IMG/VR virus record: IMGVR_UViG_3300045996_003161
Source: a virus
DNA: 64,000 nt
Strand: one strand, 5' to 3'
Made by a program: the position numbers and the translations under genes. A model generated the notes under the pieces. It was not told the origin of the DNA. It ran no database searches and worked only from the letters and a program-made list of their open reading frames with translations. Below are positions 57,119 through 64,000 of the stretch, piece by piece (within the stretch, counting starts at the first letter, position 1; every line of letters starts with the position of its first letter).

Positions 57119-57691
57119 ATGTCACAAACAGAATATACCCAATCAACATGGGACGAAATAACAGCAAATGATAACGATGTTTCGGACGAAGAATACCAAC
57201 AATCGGTAAAAGGAAACTTACAATTAGCTGAAGAAGAGCCTAAAGCAAATAGGGGTAATTTACCGGGATTTGTAAAGTTCGCTAAAGGCGAGGAAAAAAC
57301 TTTGTATTTCCCAAAACGAACTTCAGATGGAAGTATCAATGCAGGCAAACCTGTATATAAAGTTTACCTTGAGAACTTACCAGACAAGAACAAGAACCTT
57401 GTTCACGAGAAATTAGAGGACTTTGACACCGATGAAAAATATCAAACATATGGAGAAGGAAAAAAGCCCGGTCTTAGATACTATGTAGAAGTTGTAGAAT
57501 TAACACCACAAGGAAGTCGAAGAGCTACATTTGACATGGCTAAAACCAAATACGATCTAGTCTTTAGAGAGTTCCTTACACCAGACCAAAGAATTCTTAC
57601 AATCAAGATGGGTAAAAATAGTACTGATGCACCAATCGTTAAATATCCATCAGCAGCTACTTTAAAGGCTTTATTGCCAAAATCCAAATAA
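57119..57691 (+). CDS. Putative ssDNA-binding/replication accessory protein
   Basis: Acidic N-terminus, beta-rich core, heads the replication gene string; function inferred from context only. Confidence 0.35.
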   Translation: MSQTEYTQSTWDEITANDNDVSDEEYQQSVKGNLQLAEEEPKANRGNLPGFVKFAKGEEKTLYFPKRTSDGSINAGKPVYKVYLENLPDKNKNLVHEKLEDFDTDEKYQTYGEGKKPGLRYYVEVVELTPQGSRRATFDMAKTKYDLVFREFLTPDQRILTIKMGKNSTDAPIVKYPSAATLKALLPKSK

Positions 57692-57699
57692 CTTTTTTT

Positions 57700-58029
57700 T
57701 TGTTAAATTTATTTGAACATTTAATTAATATTAAAGAAATTTTTATTGATGATTACGGTGTAGTTAGTTCAAGAAGTAAATACTTAGAACGAGCAAGATA
57801 CGTACTTTATAGACAAAGAATTTTTGATCCTCCTGCAAAGTTAAAAATTGATAATTCAGACCTTCCTGAGTTTAAAGATGATGATTTACCTATGTCAACC
57901 ATAGGAAATCCCGATAAAATTTCTCAATATAAACATTTATTAATCAGGGAAGCTGTAAAAGATATGTTTATGATGATCAATAAGGAAATTTATAATGAAT
58001 TTAAAAATATTGAATATGAGGTGGTATGA
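57700..58029 (+). CDS. Hypothetical protein
   Basis: ORF track. Confidence 0.55.
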   Translation: MLNLFEHLINIKEIFIDDYGVVSSRSKYLERARYVLYRQRIFDPPAKLKIDNSDLPEFKDDDLPMSTIGNPDKISQYKHLLIREAVKDMFMMINKEIYNEFKNIEYEVV

Positions 58030-58032
58030 AGT

Positions 58033-59922
58033 TTGGATTTATGGGATATTCGACAGCAAAAAGCTGAAGAACGAAAAAAGAGACTTAGGGAACTTGCCGA
58101 TAAAGTTAAATCGGATCGAATCACTTATATAACCAACGTAATACTTAAAGAGGTTCGCAAAGAACACAGACTTGTAATGCAGATATTATATGCATTATTT
58201 TCTATTTATACACCAAATCCAATTAATTTAGCGATTAACGCCCCAACGGGTGAAGGTAAAACTTATGGATTGAAAAATGTAGCTAAACATTTTCCGGGAG
58301 ATGACGTAGATCATCTCGGTGGAATGTCGGAAAAAGCCCTATTTCACCGCAGGGGCGAAGTGGTGGTAAAAGAGGACGAAGATGAATATGCACCAATTGA
58401 AAAATATACTGATGAGATACATATAGAACTTGAAGAAATTGCCGAAGAAATGAAAGAATCTGATGATAAAGCTGGATTACGTGCAAAGCGTAGAGAATTA
58501 CAAGAAAAGCTTGAACGTTATGAAGCTGAAGCAATAAAGCGAATTGATTTACGACAAAAAGCACTTGTTTTTCAAGATACTCCTGATGCAAAATTACTTG
58601 AAACCATTATGCCTTTACTTTCTCATGATCAACCTAGAGTATTTTACGAATTTGTAAGCAAAAATAATAATGGAATTCAAACTACTCAAAATATGATTGA
58701 AGGATGGCCAAGTGTTATCTATTGTCAGGCAATTGATATAAGTGCAAGAGAAAGGTGGCCGGAGTTATTACGGCGATTTATAATTTGTAATCCAGAGATG
58801 ACAAAAGAAAAATATGCTGAAGCAATTGATCAGATTTACAAAAGCTCTTATACAGATAATAAATATGAACTTGAAGTTGTAACGAATGAGGAAAAACAAA
58901 CCGTAAAAGGAATCATATTAGATATTATTGAAACTCTTAAAGATCATTTTTCAGATAATCGCAGAAACTCCGTAATAATGCCCTTCAGAGATTCAGTTCA
59001 ATCAAGTTTCAAAACTGATGGAGCTTTTGATGTTGGAGTGGCAATGAAAACACATGATTTATTAGTATTACTTTCCGTAGTAAACCTTAAGGAAAGACCG
59101 TATTTATTAACCAAAGAGGAAAAACGAATTCCTTTTTGTACTTTTAAAGATTTAGAGGATGCATTATATATCAATGAATTTGTTTTTGGTGGACTTAGAC
59201 AATATGTTCTACAATGGTATATTAGTGTATTTTATTATGAGTGGAATAGAAAAAATATGGACAATGATCTCGATGCGGAACAACGGTCAAGTAATTCAGC
59301 TCCAGTTATGGAATCGAAACCTGTAGCAAGAATAGGGGAATTAGTAAGACGAACCCAAGAAGTGTATGGTGGGGAAAAAGTTGCAGAAAGCGAGATAAAG
59401 AAAAAATATCTTAATCCACTCATTAATCATGGTTATATCGACGAATTACAATCAGAGGTAAAAAGAGAAAAAGTTTATTATCCAACATCTCATGAAATAG
59501 TTACTCGATATGAGGTTAAGGATAATTCCTTAAAATTAATCAAAAAACTTCAAGTACGTGACCCTTCCAAATATCCAAGTAAACGTTATTTAGCGGCTCA
59601 AATAATCGAAGATATGAAAGTAGAACCGGGATGCAGAATTTGTGATGTTGATGGTCAAGATATTAGTGTTTCCGATTTGATTGAAAAATATTACACTTCT
59701 CCAGAAACACACTTTATGGAATTTACTGATCTAAAACCAGAAGATATAGAAAAAATCACCAGTACTAATACACCTGTTACACAGAGATTAACTAATTGGA
59801 CAAAAGAGAAAAAAGGTTTACAAGAAATTGTTTGTGAAAATTGTGGAAAAAGCTTTTTAGAGCAAGAGATGAAAGATCATAAAGAATTTGATAATTGTAA
59901 ACCACGGCAGAAATTATTTTAA
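58033..59922 (+). CDS. P-loop ATPase, probable replicative helicase/initiator
   Basis: Walker A APTGEGKT after NPINLAI; C-terminal wHTH-like region and CENC..H...C. Confidence 0.7.
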   Translation: MDLWDIRQQKAEERKKRLRELADKVKSDRITYITNVILKEVRKEHRLVMQILYALFSIYTPNPINLAINAPTGEGKTYGLKNVAKHFPGDDVDHLGGMSEKALFHRRGEVVVKEDEDEYAPIEKYTDEIHIELEEIAEEMKESDDKAGLRAKRRELQEKLERYEAEAIKRIDLRQKALVFQDTPDAKLLETIMPLLSHDQPRVFYEFVSKNNNGIQTTQNMIEGWPSVIYCQAIDISARERWPELLRRFIICNPEMTKEKYAEAIDQIYKSSYTDNKYELEVVTNEEKQTVKGIILDIIETLKDHFSDNRRNSVIMPFRDSVQSSFKTDGAFDVGVAMKTHDLLVLLSVVNLKERPYLLTKEEKRIPFCTFKDLEDALYINEFVFGGLRQYVLQWYISVFYYEWNRKNMDNDLDAEQRSSNSAPVMESKPVARIGELVRRTQEVYGGEKVAESEIKKKYLNPLINHGYIDELQSEVKREKVYYPTSHEIVTRYEVKDNSLKLIKKLQVRDPSKYPSKRYLAAQIIEDMKVEPGCRICDVDGQDISVSDLIEKYYTSPETHFMEFTDLKPEDIEKITSTNTPVTQRLTNWTKEKKGLQEIVCENCGKSFLEQEMKDHKEFDNCKPRQKLF

Positions 59923-59955
59923 CATTTATATTACCGACTGATCAATATAATACTG

Positions 59956-61842
59956 ATGATAACCGACTTGTTTCCATTTAAGACAATGAGAAATTCTCAA
60001 CGTAAAGTTCTCGATGAAATTGAGGATGCTTTTCGTTCAGGATATAGTCAAATTGTTCTAGAAGCTTCAACAGGATTTGGAAAAAGCCCCGTAGCAATTG
60101 CGGTAGCAAAGTTCCTAAAATCCTCATACATTTGCACTTCGACAATAAATTTACAGGATCAATATCTTAGGGATTTTCCCTTTTTAAAGAAGGTAATTGG
60201 AAAAAATAATTTTGATTGTAAAGTCCAACTTGAACGAAAAGATGCGGGAATGTTTAACTGTGAAAGGTGCGAAACAAATGATCATGAACAATGTAAACAT
60301 ACTACAGTAGATAAAGCTCTTTGCGTGAATAAGCGTTATGTTTGTCCATATATGACGAATCGTGCTGATTATGATGAAGGATTTTACAATGATGAAGTAC
60401 GCTTAAAACCTGAATTAATACAATTAATGGAAAATCCTAGAGATGTAAATACCCTTGATTGTTCTACAAGTTCCCAGACAAAAATTATGAACTTCTTTGC
60501 ATGGGATCACTATAAAGAATTTGGAAATAATTGGAGTCCGTGCAATTATTATCATCAAAAGAATGTTGGTTTATTAAGTCCACACACAATATTCAATTAT
60601 GCAATATTCAATAAAATGTCACAAGTGAAAAGAAAGACAGGTAAACCATATTTAGCCCCCAAAGGTATATTGATTCTTGATGAAGGACATTTATTCGAAA
60701 ATGAGGTAATTGCTCATAACGGAGAAGAGCTTGAATTAGGAACAATAATGAATATTACTCATGATCAAATTAGAACAATGCCGGATCAACTTACATTCTC
60801 TCAATGGGTGGAATTTCTCAAGAATGTATTAAGTTACACTCAAGTAAATATTGATGAATTACAGAACGAATTTGCTAGACTTGATGCAAGAAGAAAACAA
60901 TTAAATCAAAGAGAGTTAAAAAGGTTTTACAATCTTCCTGACATTCTTAGGTATGTAGAGGAAAAATATGAAAAGTTACAAGATTTAACTATTCAAATGG
61001 AATTACATCCCGAAAATTGGATAATAGATAGAAATGGTAATAAGTTAATTATTAAACCTCTAGATATTTCGGCTTATTGTAGGGAATTATATGAAGCAGG
61101 GAGTAGATTACTTGTAATGAGTGCTACGATACTGGATAAAGATTTGTATTGTAACCAAATTGGATTAAATCCATCAGAAGTAAAATTCATTTCTATTGAT
61201 AGTGAATTCCCTGTAGAAAACAGGCCAATATTCACACCGTATTTAGGAAAATTAAGTCGAGACAATATTGATCTTCCTGCTACGCATCAAGTAATAGCTA
61301 ATAATTTGAACAAAATTATGGATCAATATACTAATCAGCGTGGACTAATTCATATGCCTACTAATAAACTTATTGACCAGATACTACCATACCTTAAAGA
61401 TCGACGACGTATTTACGTAATAAAGTCAATGACGTCAAGAGAGCGAGCAAGGGCATTAAAGGAATTTGAGGATGATCCAAGAGGTGTATTGATGAGTCCT
61501 AGTCTTTATGTTGGACTTGATTTGAAGGATGATTTGAGTAGGTTTCAAGTAATAGTAAAAATTCCCTATCCCAGCTTAGGAGATAAGTGGATAAAAGCTA
61601 AATTCGACCAGAACAAAAAATGGTATACATGGCAAACTGTATTAAAGGTAATACAGGGATATGGTAGAAGTATAAGAAGTGTTGATGACTATGCAGATAC
61701 ATACATATTAGATTCAAACTTGGATAATATAATCAGATTTTCTTCTTCCATGCTTCCCAAGTCATTTACTGATGCAATCAGATATGGAAAGAATAATCCA
61801 AACGCTAAAATAGGCGATAAGGTGAGAATAAAACATGGATAA
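59956..61842 (+). CDS. SF2 DinG/XPD/Rad3-family helicase
   Basis: EASTGFGKS, LILDEGH, MSAT, GLDLK.D, K.PYP, QGYGR.IR..DD motifs. Confidence 0.93.
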   Translation: MITDLFPFKTMRNSQRKVLDEIEDAFRSGYSQIVLEASTGFGKSPVAIAVAKFLKSSYICTSTINLQDQYLRDFPFLKKVIGKNNFDCKVQLERKDAGMFNCERCETNDHEQCKHTTVDKALCVNKRYVCPYMTNRADYDEGFYNDEVRLKPELIQLMENPRDVNTLDCSTSSQTKIMNFFAWDHYKEFGNNWSPCNYYHQKNVGLLSPHTIFNYAIFNKMSQVKRKTGKPYLAPKGILILDEGHLFENEVIAHNGEELELGTIMNITHDQIRTMPDQLTFSQWVEFLKNVLSYTQVNIDELQNEFARLDARRKQLNQRELKRFYNLPDILRYVEEKYEKLQDLTIQMELHPENWIIDRNGNKLIIKPLDISAYCRELYEAGSRLLVMSATILDKDLYCNQIGLNPSEVKFISIDSEFPVENRPIFTPYLGKLSRDNIDLPATHQVIANNLNKIMDQYTNQRGLIHMPTNKLIDQILPYLKDRRRIYVIKSMTSRERARALKEFEDDPRGVLMSPSLYVGLDLKDDLSRFQVIVKIPYPSLGDKWIKAKFDQNKKWYTWQTVLKVIQGYGRSIRSVDDYADTYILDSNLDNIIRFSSSMLPKSFTDAIRYGKNNPNAKIGDKVRIKHG

Positions 61843-61961
61843 AAGTGTTATTAAAGTTGGAGGAAATCTTTCAAAAGAGGAGCTTGAGAAATTAGTGGAA
61901 CAATTAAATATGGGTCATTGGATAGCAACAGATAAGAATGTTATTTGGGAAGTAATAGAAG

Positions 61962-62174
61962 ATGAATAAGAGTCTTAAAAAAGAGATATATAATCGGTTA
62001 ACTTTTTTTAGTGAGCAAAGAGATAAGTGGGAATACGATAAATGTACAAAAGATATTTTAAATATAATTAAAAAAAGAATAGAATATGAAATAGATCATA
62101 CTAGTTTAGGTGATTGTCCAGAATGTTTTGGTGATGGTTTAAAAAGATTTGGAGAGATGTTAGATGAATCTTAG
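61962..62174 (+). CDS. Small helical protein, paralog family member 1
   Basis: MN..LK.EI...DIL.II.KRIE. Confidence 0.6.
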   Translation: MNKSLKKEIYNRLTFFSEQRDKWEYDKCTKDILNIIKKRIEYEIDHTSLGDCPECFGDGLKRFGEMLDES

Positions 62175-62382
62175 AGAAGAAATTATTTCATCCTTACAAG
62201 ATAGTAAATGGTTCATTGCGGGCGGATCATGGGATCAACCAGCAGATGATATATTGGAAATATTCGAAAAAAGAATAGATGAACATATTAAAAAGATTGA
62301 TAGTAAAAGATGTTGCCGATTAGATAATAAACATGCTGATATCATTGAAGAGTTTAGAGATTTTAAGGAGATGTTAAGTTAA
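62164..62382 (+). CDS. Small helical protein, paralog family member 2
   Basis: MNLREEI...DILEIFEKRID. Confidence 0.65.
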   Translation: MNLREEIISSLQDSKWFIAGGSWDQPADDILEIFEKRIDEHIKKIDSKRCCRLDNKHADIIEEFRDFKEMLS

Positions 62383-62636
62383 TGTCTTATTATTTCGAAC
62401 CAGAAGAAATACAAAAGGTACTCAATAAATTCAGAGAAGTATTTGAATACACTGTAAACTTAAATCGTCCCTCCATTACCGTAAAGACTCATAGTAGACT
62501 CGCTATTGATATAATGGAAGCAATTAAAACAGATACACCATTTTATATTAGTTTTGTTTATGCAAGAGCATCAGAAACACTAGAAATTCTATGTGATCTT
62601 GATCATGAAAAGTGGAAAAATGACCAAAAAACTTAA
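62382..62636 (+). CDS. Hypothetical protein
   Basis: ORF track. Confidence 0.6.
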   Translation: MSYYFEPEEIQKVLNKFREVFEYTVNLNRPSITVKTHSRLAIDIMEAIKTDTPFYISFVYARASETLEILCDLDHEKWKNDQKT

Positions 62637-62661
62637 ATATAAATAGTTTAAATAACTATTA

Positions 62662-63117
62662 ATGAAATTTTTTTTATTTATTATGTTAGCAATAGGAATT
62701 TATCCTGCTTCCGCTGAACTACAATTAGATGCTGATAAGGATACATTGTTGCTTGCTGAAAATGAGGGTAATATGACAGTTGATGATTTTGATTTAGCTG
62801 GAAAGATAACAAGGGTTATTGATGGAGATACATTAATAATTGAATCAGGAGAAAAGATTAGACTTTCAATTGTCAATACACCGGAAAGAGGTCAACAAGG
62901 ATTCCAAGAAGCCAAACAATTTACTATAGATTTATGTTTAGGTAAAGAAGCTTTGGTGGATCTTGATGATAAACAGAAGAAATCTTATGATCGTGTTGTA
63001 GGAGCTGTATTTTGTGATGGTGGACAATTTCTTAACAAATTATTAATTGAAAAAGATTTAGCTATTATTTGGGATAAATATTGTCCTAAATCTGAGTTTG
63101 AGGAAATTCTTTGTTGA
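62662..63117 (+). CDS. Secreted thermonuclease (staphylococcal-nuclease family)
   Basis: Signal peptide; RVIDGDT, IRL..VNTPE, SYDR.VG.V motifs. Confidence 0.92.
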   Translation: MKFFLFIMLAIGIYPASAELQLDADKDTLLLAENEGNMTVDDFDLAGKITRVIDGDTLIIESGEKIRLSIVNTPERGQQGFQEAKQFTIDLCLGKEALVDLDDKQKKSYDRVVGAVFCDGGQFLNKLLIEKDLAIIWDKYCPKSEFEEILC

Positions 63118-63129
63118 GGAGGATGTTAA

Positions 63130-63360
63130 ATGAATAATAGAAAAATAAAAATTTGTTGTAAAGGAATGAATCATTTAATTAAAGAAGCGATGCTTGGATT
63201 TGATTATTATTCTGATAGTGATAGATTTTGTCTAATAGAACATAATGCAGCAGATGACGGTGATGGATATATCGATACATGGGAAAATTATGATATTGAA
63301 GTAAATTTTTGTCCTATTTGTGGGAAACAAGTTGAAAAGGAGAAATATAATGAATCTTAG
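63130..63360 (+). CDS. Small Cys-rich phage protein
   Basis: CCK...NFCPICG. Confidence 0.7.
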   Translation: MNNRKIKICCKGMNHLIKEAMLGFDYYSDSDRFCLIEHNAADDGDGYIDTWENYDIEVNFCPICGKQVEKEKYNES

Positions 63361-63607
63361 AGAAGAAATCAATCAAGTTCTAACTACTGTAAAAGAGCAT
63401 GCTTATTTAACTGGAATAACAAAACCTAGAGATTCAGAGATTGCAAGTATATTTATGGTTATTGAAAAACGAATAGATTCAATCATGCAGAGAGAAATAT
63501 CCGATTCACACCATTTCGAGATACAACAAGCCAAAAATGATGTATCGACTATTGATGCAATAGTTAGAATATGTAGGGAGATTAAGGATGAATTGCGGAT
63601 ATTGTAA
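63350..63607 (+). CDS. Small helical protein, paralog family member 3
   Basis: MNLREEI...IEKRID; start at ATG 63350 by identity with 62164. Confidence 0.65.
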   Translation: MNLREEINQVLTTVKEHAYLTGITKPRDSEIASIFMVIEKRIDSIMQREISDSHHFEIQQAKNDVSTIDAIVRICREIKDELRIL

Positions 63608-63764
63608 AGATAAAATAAATTTAGCCCTTAATGGATTTTCTGGTATAAAGGAAAAATTCTGTCAGACTTGCTGGAGTAAAATTTATTCTGTATATAAGGG
63701 TAATAGAATAGCGAAAGAAGAGCCTGAGATATTAAATTGGGTGGTAAAGATAAAAAATGAATAA
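63588..63764 (+). CDS. 58-aa Zn-finger protein
   Basis: MNCGYC...FCQTC, manual translation. Confidence 0.6.
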   Translation: MNCGYCKDKINLALNGFSGIKEKFCQTCWSKIYSVYKGNRIAKEEPEILNWVVKIKNE

Positions 63765-63927
63765 ATCTCAACAAATAACAATCCATTGTGAGGAATGTTC
63801 TAGGGATGCAACTGTAACAATAACATATTTGATGAATTTAGGTAGATCTGGATGGAATGAATTACTATGTCCATCATGTTTTGCTTTTAAAATGATGACT
63901 GAATTACTAACGGAGAAAGAAAAATGA
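63757..63927 (+). CDS. 56-aa Zn-finger protein
   Basis: CEEC...LCPSC, manual translation. Confidence 0.6.
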   Translation: MNKSQQITIHCEECSRDATVTITYLMNLGRSGWNELLCPSCFAFKMMTELLTEKEK

Positions 63928-64000
63928 AATGTTGTGATTGGTGTTATGAGGATTCCAATGTATTAATTGAAGTACTTAATCAAAAATATTGGGGGCCGAA

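Noticed and set aside
1-64000. Stop-codon reassignment
   Set aside because: Large genes are intact under the standard code and all three stops end genes; only one in-frame TAA split was seen.

Overview
About 64 kb of an AT-rich tailed dsDNA virus genome with a siphovirus-like, long non-contractile tail. The host is inferred to be an archaeon, probably ammonia-oxidising Nitrososphaerota. That inference rests on BRE-TATA promoters about 22-26 nt before start codons, apparently leaderless genes, T-tract terminators and secreted domains that recall Nitrososphaeraceae proteins. Layout: 1-11.6 kb holds small accessory genes, candidate sRNAs, a hairpin cluster, an FkbM methyltransferase, a SLOG protein, pyrE, a glycosyltransferase and an acetyltransferase. 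11.7-47 kb is the neck/tail module with scrambled gene orientation: adaptor, two tail-terminator paralogs (one split), repeat fibres, tail tube, chaperone with a -1 frameshift, HK97-gp10, a 2099-aa tape measure, hub, LamG protein and large adhesin-like proteins. Four free-standing homing endonucleases sit in or beside this module. 47-57 kb holds modular PKD/phosphoesterase/secreted proteins and a dUTPase. 57-64 kb holds replication genes (P-loop ATPase, DinG/XPD helicase), a secreted thermonuclease and Zn-finger microproteins. No capsid, portal, terminase, polymerase, integrase, tRNA or CRISPR was recognised. Most notable: (i) a TA(G/C)TT motif 30-34 nt upstream of 16 mostly virion-module genes on both strands, a candidate virus-specific late promoter; (ii) a duplicated tail-terminator gene whose N-terminal segment is carried at the C-terminus of a 709-aa repeat fibre; (iii) three intact purple-acid-phosphatase-like domains, two inside large modular proteins; (iv) promoter-flanked structured non-coding RNA candidates. 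All calls are by eye; no database searches were run.
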